This document shows positions 11,686 to 22,969 of a stretch of DNA of 64,000 nt, piece by piece. The stretch lies in the NCBI GenBank assembly GCA_963765895.1, contig CAVXZB010000032.1, positions 1 to 64,000 on the forward strand, written 5' to 3'. The number at the start of each line of letters is the position of its first letter. Position 1 is the stretch's first letter. The notes under the pieces were generated by a model. The model searched no databases. It was not told the DNA's origin and was given only the letters and a program-made list of their open reading frames with translations. The position numbers were made by a program, and so were the translations under genes. The DNA is from an uncultured Nitrososphaeraceae archaeon (GTDB taxonomy: Archaea > Thermoproteota > Nitrososphaeria > Nitrososphaerales > Nitrososphaeraceae).

Positions 11686-13741
11686 GTGAAGAAAATGAGC
11701 ACTAATATTAACTTTCCAGAAGATAAAGATAAATCTTTTCCTCTGGAACTTGAATCTTTACCACTATCAGATAAGTTAAAACAGAAAGGTCTAGTCCAGA
11801 GCATAACAATCCATAGAAAAGCAAACACCATCAAAGTAATACTGAATCATGGCTCAAATGCTCCTATTATATCGCCTATATATCCTACTTGGAATAGAAC
11901 GATAAGCAGTTTTGAAACACAAGCTAAAAGGAAGAATCTGTCAGAGGGGGATATAGTTGACATCCAAGATGTATTTGATGCTAACCACGAAAGAATTGCA
12001 TATCATCTGATTGATAATTCCGGCCAAAAAATTCATCTAACTGATAAGGCAAAAGAGGAGATTCTACTTGCCATCGACAAGTTAAGATCAGATCATAAGG
12101 ATATTACAATTGACGAATGGACAAGTACGATGCTAAAAAAATATCAAGATCTGAAAACAGTGATTGAAAGAAATATGCCAAATCTCTGGCCAGGTCTTGA
12201 ATTTGAATTGTCCATACTTAGAATTCTTAATCTAAAAGATTGTACTTTACCATTTGCAGGAATTATTCTGGGCCCGCCGAGTTCGCTCAAGACACAAGTC
12301 ATAGAGCTTCTACGAAATTGGCCACACACATTTTACACAGATAACTTTAGTGCCAAATCCTGTGTATCTCATACTACAGCGGTGTCCAGAGATCAATTGG
12401 CAGAAATTGATTTACTACCTAAAATAAAGAATAGATGCTTCCTGACTCCAGAATTAGCACCTACTTTCGCAGCTAGGGATGATGATTTAGTACAAATTCT
12501 TGGTATCATGACTCGCATATTGGACGGCAACGGATATGAAAGTGACAGCGGCGCGCAAGGACATAGAGGATACAACGGCGAGATTATGTTCACCTGGGTA
12601 GGTGCAGCAGTTGACATTCCACACAAAGTCCACAAGTATCTTGGAACTGTGGGTCCTAAATTTGACTTTATGAGGCCACCAATAATCCATAAGAAGTCAG
12701 AATCAGATTATATGGAGCAAATAAAAAATGGCGACTTTAAAAGAAAAATAGCTGAGATAAAAGAAGCCCTGCTTGATTACCTAAAGTGGTTTGAAATATG
12801 TCCAGATATGACAAGTGATGAAAAATATGGCTTAGTAAAAATGTCCAGGAATTTTGAACGAGATGATGAAATCTCATTAACGTACGTTATTAGACTCGCA
12901 TTCCTACTTACTCAACTGCGAGGTGTAGCACCAACATGGAATACTTACGGCACACAAGGGTCTGACTATGCATACACACTACCGACTATAGAAGAACCTG
13001 ATAGAGCGATACAGCGGACTAACAAATCTAGCCAGAGGACATGCCTTATCGCAAGGCCGCAACTACATTGCACTAGACGATATCCCAATGATTATTAACG
13101 TCGTACTCTCCACTGCATCAAAGGAACGTGTAACCATATTTGATCTATTACTTGCACATAATGGTAGGCTTACTGCTTCAGAAATTTCCATGTCGCTAAA
13201 TATGGCGTCTCCCACTGCGCGGAGAATTATGCTAGAGCTTTGGGTTCTCAGATTAGTAGACAAAGATAAACCTGAAGACAATACCTCAGCAGAGCAGATA
13301 TCTCTAAGACCTGAATTTGAGTGGTTTATAACTGAAGAATTTAGGAAGTTAAGGTATAGTGGCGAGGTAAACAACCAATCTGTTTCACCGAAGATAGGTG
13401 AAGGGGTGAAAGAAAAAATACTCCTTAATAGTGAGGATTTTTTACCAGCTGAAAGTTCACCATTACCAGACAAAGAGGCTACATTTTGGAATATATACGA
13501 TAAATTAGAAGATGAACAGAAAGGATTGGAGGATCACATGGAAGTAGATAAGACCACTGTCGGCGGCTGGGAACTAAAACAGAGGCTTGTTTCTAGCGGA
13601 AAATTCCACACCTCAGATGCGGCAATGATGTTAGAGGAAATGGTCAGTAAGGGGGAATTGAAGGAGGTAACAGTTGATACCTATGTCAGACGATCTAATA
13701 AAAGCGAAGTAGACAATACGGAAAGAAAAATTCCCCCTTAG
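11686..13741 (+). CDS. AAA+ (MCM-like) ATPase/helicase with C-terminal wHTH; one frameshift near 13015
   Basis: Walker A-like GPPSSLKT, LTPE, ILDGNGY..GAQG; the shifted frame gives LTNLARGHALSQGR and joins ORF 13088..13741 (HTH LTASEISMSLNMASPTARRIM). Confidence 0.7.
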
Positions 13742-13744
13742 TAA
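13648..13744 (+). repeat. Hairpin site S1, inside the 3' end of the helicase gene
   Basis: TAAGGGGGAATT (13648-13659) is a perfect inverted repeat of AATTCCCCCTTA (13729-13740); right arm GAAAGAAAAATTCCCCCTTAGTA. Confidence 0.8.
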
Positions 13745-14016
13745 AGTAAGAAATATCTCGAGTAAGTAGATTCAGGAATACAGGTCCTTTCATAGAAATT
13801 TCTGCTCCAGCTTGAAACTGCTCTGTTATTCCACTGGATGATAATGCAGCAATAGTTAATTCAGATCCACCTGCCTTAATAGATCCATTAAAGCCGTACC
13901 AAAAATCACTATATGTTTTTTTGAAAAAGGAGGAAAGACATCAATTTCTGGTTACTAGCAGGGTAATCAGCAAGAATTCAGTTTTAGACTAGGTGAAATT
14001 ACGATATGTCCAACAT

Positions 14017-16517
14017 TTACTTTGGAAAATAAATGGTTTTTGCTCCAATCGTAGCAACTTCTACTGGAAGATGATCTGTAGTAACAATACTTTCTGCAAT
14101 TCTAAAGGCTAATGCTGAAATAGTGAGCGAAGAATTAACTCCTATTGACGTTGGCACTATTCCACCATCAGCTATGTAAAAATCTAGATACGTTTCAGTA
14201 AGTGCTCGGCGTCTCCTTTGTATACTTGACCCAAATTGTTGACTACACCACTGTTTCTATCCTTCCCCATTGAGCATCCACCAAGATTGTGAAGCACTAC
14301 GGTCAAACTTCCGCTAGCATTTGCCGAATCCCAAAGTGGAGTAGAAAAACTTGATGATCCGCCTTCTCCTATATGCTTTGCTATTTCCTCCATATTCTTT
14401 CTTATCTTCGTAAATAGTGGAACCAGTTTATTGGGATCAAAATCTATGTTTAATACATTTAATGCATTCATATCTCTGTTAGGATTATTCTTCCATGAAT
14501 CTTGGAGCCTAACTATTCCATCCGAACTGTCAGTGCCCATCCCAGATAGTAGTAAAGTTTTGGTTAAATCTTCCTCTGAGAATTGGAATGGAAGGCTTGT
14601 ATTTCCTAATGGAATTCCTGAAGGGTTCTGGGTGATCATATTTATTATTGACTGAATGGATCCCAATCCCACAAATCCAAGCAAGCTTCTAAACGAGCTT
14701 CCCTGTGATATTAGCTTGGATATACCTGAGAACATCTTGGGAATGCTGCTATCTTCGATTGTATATACAAAGCCAGGTCCTTCATTAAATTTGATAGCGG
14801 ATGTTACTATAGGACCTCTGGTCGCATAAACATTAGTCTTTGTTGGGTTTACGACTCCAAGCAAGTCTCCGTTTGTAGAATATCCCATACCTAGTCTGCC
14901 GCTTAGACTGAGTTTCTGACCTGCCGTGCGCGTAGTGTTTATAGATTTGAGCAAGATTTCCGTGCTTCCTATTGCCCCTGCTGCAAGAACCAATCTCTTG
15001 CAATCCAACGTTCTTTTTTTACCTCCATCGACTAACCTAAATAATTTTACATCTAACTTGTAAGAATCAGAGCCAATATCCCAACTGAAATTAGTTCGTT
15101 TCCATTCTCTTGCTCCAAAATCTGTATAGTATACTCTGTAGCGATAGGTACCAGTAGTTAATGGTTCTATGTCATAGACTTCACTTAACGCGCGAATCTC
15201 AAGGTGTTTCTTTTTGGTCGGATGATTCAAGTAATCAAATAATTTTCTGCTATTAAGGTGACGCGCCAATGGAATACATCCAATTACACATCGACCTTGT
15301 CTCTCACACACATTTGACTCCGAAGAAAACTTTCTCACAAAAGCAGCCAATTTTTCTTGAGTATTTGAATTGGTCTTGATATTATCTAATACACTTGAGT
15401 AGGAATAGTTACCTGTTGAATCTAAGAAATATGATGCTTTATTAAATAATGTTACCTCGTCTTCTCTATATGGAATATCAGTTATAGATAGATCTACAGC
15501 AAAAATATCTTCAACGGTATTTTGGTCAGGATCTAAATGATCGAATGTAGTCTCATTGGTAACTATTCCTGGATTTTCTTTTCTTATTTTCTCTGCAGCG
15601 TCTTGAAAAGCCTTTGTCTTTGGTAACTTGTAACTACTCAGCCCCGAGGTAGTTGTGATTTTATTTACACCAATGAATCCTTTTGCCATTTCAAAATAGA
15701 GCGATAGATTATTGTGATCGATTCCAAGATGGAGTTCACCATCCCATCTGTCGATCACGTTATCATTTGGCTTTTCGGTAACATTTGCGTAAACTAAAGA
15801 ACCACCACCTACTCCGCTAGCGGAGAGCGTGTGAACATTTTTAGAAATCCTATAATCGTACAGGCCTCTTCTATCAATGACACGCAATGTATTCAAAAAC
15901 TTCGTGAGTCCATCGACGTTATCCGGGTATGCCCAAGTCCTGTAAGGAATATCATTTGCTTCTAAGTATTCCCTCATTCCAAGCCTATATTTTGTGGAAT
16001 CCGTATTCTTCTGTTCATTGAAACCTTTAGTGATTGGCACTTCGTGACTAGTCCACCATTGCCCACGCTCAAGAAGAATTACTTTTCTCTTGTTAGAATC
16101 TGGCACGAGCTTATCCTCTTCATGAAGTTGATTAACTAATGACAACGATACAATTGTGCCCCCAAATCCTGAACCTATTACTACTGCCTCACATTTATCT
16201 AGTTCACCAGGGTGGTCTAATGGCGTAAATGGTATGGTAATGATCCCTGTCTCGTGAAGTTGATGACCATTCCGGTCAAAGATGTTAAGATATAAATCTG
16301 GCTCACTATTTGGTGATTCCCAAAATTCTCCAGGTCTCTTGAAGTCATCTTTCGTAAAAGCTATACTAAACGTTCCATCATCAAGTGTTATCGAACTACC
16401 TAGTGGATCATCTCCTAAGAGATCAGTAACAGGATCTTTATCAAAGATCTTTATTGTATAGTAAGAAAGCCCACTGCTAGCAGCATCAGTTAGTTTTCCC
16501 TTCAATTGAAACGACAT
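14017..16517 (-). CDS. GMC/cholesterol-oxidase-like flavoprotein with an N-terminal transthyretin-like domain; frameshift near 14195
   Basis: GSGFGG, LERG, GVGGGSLVYAN, CxxxGxCxxGC, HNLGGCSMG; the shifted frame continues YIADGGIVPTSIGVNSSLTISALAFR to the stop at 14017. Confidence 0.85.
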
Positions 16518-16758
16518 GCAGGTTATCTTCCACTTCCAATATAAAAGAATTTTATATTCAAGTTTATAGTTGCCTTGCAAGCCCTTGGCGCAAACTCTCT
16601 TAACTCGTCTCCATAATCAATGTCAGTAGTTTTACCACTATGTTTTCGTGTAATTTATCCAATTTCGTTCTCATTGACTCGGTAAGATATGATACCTCAA
16701 GATGATTTTTCCCAATCTTCGCAATTATTTGACTATTCCACACATTTGAACATCCGAT

Positions 16759-17311
16759 TCAATAATCCCGCTTAATCATCTTGTTCAATGAAACTCGTGT
16801 CTTATGAGATAGTTCGATTCTGTGTTGATACCAGATTAAACCTACTGCTGCTCCTAGTCTACCGACTATGCTCCAGAATATGACAGGCAGCAGTCGGAAA
16901 ATCGCCTTTCCAAACACCATAAAAGCCAAACGGTTTGTAGTAGAAGGCAATCCAGTCATAAAGGCTGTTAGTTTTGCCTTTTTGATTCCATAGTGATTGG
17001 TGATGTAGGTACAATTTTTCGATTCCCCATACAGGCGTATCCATTACAACTGTAGAGATTAGGAAGGCAGCCAGAAACATTTCTATCTTCGTAGGAAAGA
17101 ATAACAGCATAAACAAGGCAGGTATGAAATGTCCCAATATGTTCCAAGGCTGATATGTTCGATCACCTCCAAAAAGATCACCTAGTCCATCTAAACTATC
17201 GGCATAATCGAACCAAGCGCCATAGGCTATTGCAACAGTTATGACTATTGCTAACACCTTTACAGTCCAAGTGTGATCGTTAAGAAAATACTTTGCAACA
17301 CCGTCGCTCAT
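16759..17311 (-). CDS. Multi-pass membrane protein (frameshift near 16885)
   Basis: Several hydrophobic helices; the last helix lies in ORF 16759..16959. Confidence 0.55.
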
Positions 17312-17519
17312 CTTGCCCTCTTCTCATAGGGTACTTTATCAAAGTTGTGCATGTTTTGTATATTAGAATGAGACTATTTTTGCCTCGCTGAGGACTATAT
17401 TACTTATTCACAATTTCTCCCTTTTGATCTCTATTTGGGTTTCTATCTAATTTCCTGACTATATTTAACAATTCCCTCAAGATATCCAGATATCCAGAAT
17501 CTACATTTTCTAATTAAGT

Positions 17520-18213
17520 AAAAATCAGAAATGTAGGTCATGTTACTGCACAAATTCGAAAGATGGTGACGGTAGTGATGGCTCTGACGGCTCTAGAGAC
17601 AGTGCCCGTGATATTAATGATAATAATGCCAAGGTAGTGGCCGCATCAAATCAACAGGATACTGGTCCTAATATCATAGATAAAGTTCAGGGCATTACTC
17701 CAGGAGCCGTCACAGCCGTCATTGCCGTCACTTCTGTGGTTTCTGAAATAATAACTCGGTACAACAGATATCCCTGAAACCAGAGTCTAACTGGCTTATA
17801 ACAGAAGAGTTTAGGAGACTAAGGGATGATAATAAAAGGAAGTCAGAGCGACTCTTCGAAGATAGATGAAGGGCTAAAAGAAAAAATTTCTCTTAGTAGT
17901 CAGAATTTTTTAGCATCTGACAATCCATGGCCTTCAGCAGACAAGGTGGCCGCGTTTATGAAAATATATGATGAAGTAGAAGATGAGCAGAACAAGTTAA
18001 CAAATTGCATGGAAGTAGATAAAACCACTGTAGGGGGTCAAGAATTAAAGCAGAGACTTGTTTCTAGCGGATTTTTCACCACTTCGGATGCACAGATGAT
18101 GATTGAGGAAATGGTCCATCAGGCGAATTGAAGATGGTATCTTATGACACCTATGTCAGAGGATCTGGTAAAAAGAAAGAGGACAATGCTGAAAGAAAAA
18201 ATCCCCCTTAGTA
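17520..18213 (+). pseudogene. 3' remnant of a second helicase-family gene
   Basis: IYDEVEDEQ..MEVDKTTVGGQELKQRLVSSGFFTTSDA matches 13088..13741 and ends in the same site motif. Confidence 0.8.
17566..17731. repeat. Inverted pair of 3x9-bp iteron-like arrays
   Basis: GTGACGGTAGTGATGGCTCTGACGGCTC (17566-17593) vs the reverse complement of 17704-17731, 24/28 identical. Confidence 0.75.
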
Positions 18214-18214
18214 G
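18190..18214 (+). repeat. Half site S2
   Basis: TGAAAGAAAAAATCCCCCTTAGTAG. Confidence 0.8.
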
Positions 18215-18438
18215 CCATGAATAAAGCAAATTCTGGATGTGTAGGCAGATGAGGCGCGCATCCCTATAGTCCTGAATGCTGCCTTAATGATATCTATACA
18301 GAGAACACTAAATCGATCAAAGTGGATATCATTAGGAATCTGTCAGGCTATGCTAAATAATGAGACCGTTAATTGGATGAGCACATTTAGAAAACTTGGT
18401 TTGAACGCATGATAATCTCGCATAAAAATAATCAAGGA

Positions 18439-18503
18439 CAAGGGGGTAAATTTCTTTCATCTGCTTCTTGAGTGCGCTGAAAGAAAAATTACCCCTTAGT
18501 AGT
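18439..18503 (+). repeat. Hairpin site S3
   Basis: CAAGGGGGTAAATTTCTTTCA - 18 nt - TGAAAGAAAAATTACCCCTTAGTAGT. Confidence 0.9.
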
Positions 18504-18598
18504 GCTAATTAATTCGACCTGACTTTAAGCCGCTACTTATCCAGTTATATCTTTGGGCTTTCCTGTTACACCGTTCTTTGCTCTGAGTGTTTCAATAT

Positions 18599-19393
18599 CT
18601 ATAATCCATTCAATATCTGGACTACTCTTTCATATACGTCTCTATGTTCTAGCAGATCAAAGTGTATATAGGGTACCGGTTGGCCTAATTGGGTGTAATG
18701 ATAACGAGGACTTGACTCGGCACTATAAACTGGTACCAAATAATCATCTTTGCCTGGGATAAAACAATTACCTCCGTCTGGTACCGATACCCATACAGTG
18801 CCAGACAAACACATATCCGGTATCCAATTTCCAGCAATAGCATAATAGTGGGTACTTTGAGGTCGATCTACTACCGTAGTAGCAGCTGACCCCGGAATTA
18901 AATCTCTGTCAGAATTGAAAGGGCACCCTGTGATGTCTATCCACGCCGCAGGCGAACCAGAATTTGGAGTTCCAATCATAATTAGATTTGCTACTTTATT
19001 AGCGCCACCATGTGCAATATACCATCTTGCATCTAGACCACCTTTGCTATGTGCAACAATATTGACCTTCTCACTACCAGTATCATGCAGAATTTTATTT
19101 ACCATAATGCTTAATTCAGTTGCATGTTCTGCAACGGATCCACATTCGTCATTTCTGTATGTTATTGCACTGAATGTTATTGGATATACCCTCGAAAAGT
19201 TATCAGCCCCCAACCAGTCTGTCCATGTATTCCAAACTCCGGAATCCTCGCCGTAACCGTGTATCAATAGAATGGGCAGTCGATTGGAATTAGGCTGTTG
19301 AGCATTTACTGAAAGAAATGAGCCGCCGGCGACTGTAAGGGAGCAAATTGATGCTAGTGCAACTAGACTTATTCTTAACGTCTTTGTTTTCAT
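18599..19393 (-). CDS. Secreted lipase/esterase (alpha/beta hydrolase)
   Basis: Signal peptide from MKTKTLR, LLIHGY oxyanion motif, AHSKGG nucleophile elbow, GTPNSGS, DDYLVP, H. Confidence 0.88.
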   Translation of the reverse strand: MKTKTLRISLVALASICSLTVAGGSFLSVNAQQPNSNRLPILLIHGYGEDSGVWNTWTDWLGADNFSRVYPITFSAITYRNDECGSVAEHATELSIMVNKILHDTGSEKVNIVAHSKGGLDARWYIAHGGANKVANLIMIGTPNSGSPAAWIDITGCPFNSDRDLIPGSAATTVVDRPQSTHYYAIAGNWIPDMCLSGTVWVSVPDGGNCFIPGKDDYLVPVYSAESSPRYHYTQLGQPVPYIHFDLLEHRDVYERVVQILNGL

Positions 19394-19436
19394 GATCACA
19401 AATAATTGCCTAATCCTTGTACTCAATTTAATTGTA

Positions 19437-19513
19437 TACAAAGGGGTAATTTTTCTTTCAGCTAAATTACTTATTAGTAAAAGCATTGAAAGAAATTTAC
19501 CCCCTTAGTAGTA
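19437..19513 (+). repeat. Hairpin site S4
   Basis: TACAAAGGGGTAATTTTTCTTTCA - 26 nt - TGAAAGAAATTTACCCCCTTAGTAGTA. Confidence 0.9.
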
Positions 19514-19693
19514 AGAAATTAAATGTGATTACAATTAGAAGAGGAATTAATTATGACAGGCCACAACCAAAGATTTGATCCTCTGGGTACGATCTGACTC
19601 AAACCTATAACACCGATTTTTATAACAAATCACAGAAAGAAGAACATAACTTTTTCGTTAATTTATTCCAGCATGTAAATGGTTACCGTTCTA

Positions 19694-20653
19694 CTATTGT
19701 CTTATCTTTGAAGGCTTGTCCATCATGTCTGAGAGATTCTTGAAATAAGTACTGGCATTATTGACTTTGCCATCCTCACGATTTATTATCTCCAAGGACG
19801 ATGACAAAGGAATTCCTAGGTAACCCACCATGTAACCAGACTGAGCATCTGCATCCCATGCTCCACACCAAAGCTCCAAAGTCCATGGATCTGTTGATGA
19901 TAATCCAACAAGTTTACCAGGCAAATAGTCATTAGGATCTTCAAATATTGCATTTCCAGTCAAATACATAGAATACAGCATCCGAATAGAAAATCTTCGA
20001 GGACTAATGTTCGACATCGTCTCTATACGTGACTTTATTGCCGCAATTTCGATTTCATTTGTAGTCTTTGTAAGGTCAGCCTGAAGCTTCGCAACACGTT
20101 CCCTCCATACACCTGAAAGGTCTAAGATTCCAGTTGCTTCTTCAATTTCCCCCGGGCTGACACTTTGGAAAATTGCTTGAAGTCGTTTGAATTTATCTTG
20201 ATCTTGATCAGTCAATGGTGGAAATCTCATGTCATCATCAAATTTACGCTGGATATTGAAACTGCGACTATCGAGGTCCTTCTTTACTTGTATATGTACT
20301 GGAAATATTGCTTCTGCGCCGGGTTCAGTCAATATAGTATTTCTACCCTCGAATTTTGGCTCATCTAAAAAGTCTACCAAGGCTCCGATGAGAGGATGAT
20401 CATCTATCCTGTGTTGATCAACGTAAACTGAAACCACCTTTACACCAATCAAGGGACAATATGAACGTTGAATAACGCCAGAAGATGGTTGGAGTCTAAT
20501 AATTCTATCCAAATCTGGTTCTCCTGCCACAGCATGTACATATCCATCTACGCCTCTAGGTTCGTCTGTGGGGTCTGGATCTGTTGCAAGACGACATTGA
20601 AACCATCCTGCGAATTTTAATACTAAGGAAGTTGCTGCGTTTACCGTTGTCAT
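19694..20653 (-). CDS. Hypothetical protein coupled to the ferritin-like gene
   Basis: Intact 319-aa ORF, 5 bp downstream of 20659..21927; N-terminus LKFAGWFQCRLATDPDP. Confidence 0.8.
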   Translation of the reverse strand: MTTVNAATSLVLKFAGWFQCRLATDPDPTDEPRGVDGYVHAVAGEPDLDRIIRLQPSSGVIQRSYCPLIGVKVVSVYVDQHRIDDHPLIGALVDFLDEPKFEGRNTILTEPGAEAIFPVHIQVKKDLDSRSFNIQRKFDDDMRFPPLTDQDQDKFKRLQAIFQSVSPGEIEEATGILDLSGVWRERVAKLQADLTKTTNEIEIAAIKSRIETMSNISPRRFSIRMLYSMYLTGNAIFEDPNDYLPGKLVGLSSTDPWTLELWCGAWDADAQSGYMVGYLGIPLSSSLEIINREDGKVNNASTYFKNLSDMMDKPSKIRQ

Positions 20654-20658
20654 TGTAC

Positions 20659-21927
20659 TTATAACTTCTCCTCCAAGGCCAAAGTTTTTTCTATGTTTTG
20701 TTTTAATAGTAATAGATTTTCAGAAACAAAGTTTAATCTTTGATTAACCGATGATAGTGCCTTAGCTTCATTTGCAACTGCATCAAGCCCCTCCTTAACA
20801 ATAATCCATCTGCTTGACTGTTGAGTCGATATCTGCAGACTTCCATAAAGTTCAAATGTTGGTCCAGCATTTCCGTCGTGACTATTATTAGAAGTTGTCG
20901 CCGGCATTTCCGTTAAAATTTCAGCCATTGGTCGCAATACCGAAGTCATAAACTGCCGCGATGAATGCCTTAATGTATCACGTTGTTGCGCTATCTCTCC
21001 TCCAAAAGAATATAATTGTGATAACAGCAGCAGGACTATCTCATAACATTCATTAAATAACTCGGCAACCCTTTTAGCAGAATCGTTATCTATAAGAGTA
21101 GTTCCTTGTGTAGTTGGCGCGTCTCGATGAAATTTACGAGTACGTGGATTAGGAACGACTGGACGCGAGGGGTCAAAGTCTGGTCGGCGGTGAATTTGCT
21201 CATCTAATTCAGTACGCATTTTCAAAAAGGTATCGTAATGGGATCCCTCTCGGTGTCCAGGAGAGCCTTCTCCAGAACATACGATTGAATCAATTGCTTG
21301 ATTGGCAGTCTGCCTATCTACTACTCGCAATACGCTAATTCTCTCAGACCATTCGTCGCTGTCATCTTCCTGACCAGCTTTTGGTCCTATGAATAGTGTA
21401 TCTTCAGGAATAGTATTAAACCCCTCTCGGACTTTACGATAAAGCTCTCCTACATATTCATATTCTAGCGGATCTGGAGACACATTAAATAATGCCGCTA
21501 ACATCTTGCTATCAATTTTCTTAAGCAGTGGATCTCTTATTTGTGGTGGCTTAGGAGGCTGTTCATCTTTTGGTAATTCAAAACGAATGAAACGATATAA
21601 CGTTTCATCTGAAAATCGACTCAGTGTAAAGCTAAATGGATAATACTTGTCAGCTTCTTGAGGAAAATTAGGGCGTGTGAAGTGCGGCCCTGCACCAATA
21701 GAACAAAGAAGATTGCATACCGTACCAAGATGAACCATTTCTTCGCGTGCGACTGTCAGTATTTGCCCTTCCCATTTTCTAATTAACTCCTGCTGTTCAC
21801 CAGTAATACCTTCCTCAAGGCGTTTTTTCAGAGAAAACGCTGCGAACAGATATTGAATAAGCAAACCATGTTCGAGCTCCGCGGCCTCGTAGAGGGCATA
21901 TGTCAGTTCCTCTCTTGTATCAATCAA
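20659..21927 (-). CDS. Ferritin-like domain protein (VioB/RebD/StaD C-terminal type)
   Basis: AAELEHGLLIQYLFAAFSLK, VAREEMVHL, FIRFELP, VGELY, GEG..SHY..F, NAGPTFE. Confidence 0.85.
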   Translation of the reverse strand: MIDTREELTYALYEAAELEHGLLIQYLFAAFSLKKRLEEGITGEQQELIRKWEGQILTVAREEMVHLGTVCNLLCSIGAGPHFTRPNFPQEADKYYPFSFTLSRFSDETLYRFIRFELPKDEQPPKPPQIRDPLLKKIDSKMLAALFNVSPDPLEYEYVGELYRKVREGFNTIPEDTLFIGPKAGQEDDSDEWSERISVLRVVDRQTANQAIDSIVCSGEGSPGHREGSHYDTFLKMRTELDEQIHRRPDFDPSRPVVPNPRTRKFHRDAPTTQGTTLIDNDSAKRVAELFNECYEIVLLLLSQLYSFGGEIAQQRDTLRHSSRQFMTSVLRPMAEILTEMPATTSNNSHDGNAGPTFELYGSLQISTQQSSRWIIVKEGLDAVANEAKALSSVNQRLNFVSENLLLLKQNIEKTLALEEKL

Positions 21928-22014
21928 TTATTAGTAACCTCTACCAATGTATGATGGTAGCAACTAATAAAGTTAGAATATGAATATGTAGTGTATTTAG
22001 CCAGAGCATCACTC

Positions 22015-22037
22015 AAGAGAATTTCCCCCTTAGCAGT
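22015..22037 (+). repeat. Half site S5
   Basis: AAGAGAATTTCCCCCTTAGCAGT. Confidence 0.7.
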
Positions 22038-22151
22038 GAAAGTTTTAGTTCAGGTATAGGATAGAAGAATAATATGAAGATTAATCAAATTAATATCAGT
22101 CATGAGATAATATTAACACTGATTCATAATACCGCTAATAAAATAATGATA

Positions 22152-22210
22152 TACAAGGGGTAACTTTTCTTTCACCCCCTCACAGAAAGAAATTTACCCC
22201 CTTAGTAGTA
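22152..22210 (+). repeat. Hairpin site S6
   Basis: TACAAGGGGTAACTTTTCTTTCA - CCCCCTCACA - GAAAGAAATTTACCCCCTTAGTAGTA. Confidence 0.9.
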
Positions 22211-22437
22211 ACAGTATTGAATGTATTTTGTAGAAAACTAAAACTAAAATTAAATACTGCATTCATAGGTCGATGCAAATAGTAAGAATTTTTTAATCTC
22301 CATTTAAATTATAATTAGATAGAACCAGAATGAAGTAAGAAACCATAAATATTTGACTCACAAATAATTCAGCATGAATCCCCAATTAATTGCAAATTTA
22401 GTGCTCGCATAAGAGTCTGTTAATTATATTTCCAATT

Positions 22438-22827
22438 GTGTTAATCATCATCCAAACTTTACAACCTGTTAACGTATTGGCTTTCCCAAGTGCAAAAATA
22501 ATACCGATCTCGATAGAAGTACCGAGACCGCCTTATTCCGAAGGTATAGTTGTTGGGGCAGTAGCATCCAATATAATCAGTAATTACAATTCGAATCCCG
22601 AAGCCTCACCTTCTCTTGAAATACAGACTTTAATCGATAAACTTTCTGAGAACAAATTAGCTTCAAATAACGAAATAAATCCAATAACTACAATGGATCC
22701 TGAAATCCGATCATTACTTGAAGAGCCTTCATCCGGTAAACCAAACTTAGGTGCAGAGGAACATCCATTTGGTGAACCAAACTTAGGTGCAGAGGAGGAG
22801 TCTCACCTCCCTCGCGCTCCTCTTTAA
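22438..22827 (+). CDS. Hypothetical exported protein with a tandem PNLGAEE repeat
   Basis: ORF with a hydrophobic start; duplicated AACCAAACTTAGGTGCAGAGGA. Confidence 0.45.
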   Translation: MLIIIQTLQPVNVLAFPSAKIIPISIEVPRPPYSEGIVVGAVASNIISNYNSNPEASPSLEIQTLIDKLSENKLASNNEINPITTMDPEIRSLLEEPSSGKPNLGAEEHPFGEPNLGAEEESHLPRAPL

Positions 22828-22969
22828 CTTATGTAATACTCCCCATGAGATCCGGTGAATGTTATCTGTTGTGACTAGTAACTACAATCAGTAAAGATCT
22901 TATTCCATTCTTCTATTATTATAACGAAGATTATTGCCGTTACATGCCAATTAATTAAACACACAACCC

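Noticed and set aside
19394-19486. Extended lipase N-terminus in the ORF track
   Set aside because: It runs through hairpin S4; the signal peptide indicates a start at 19393
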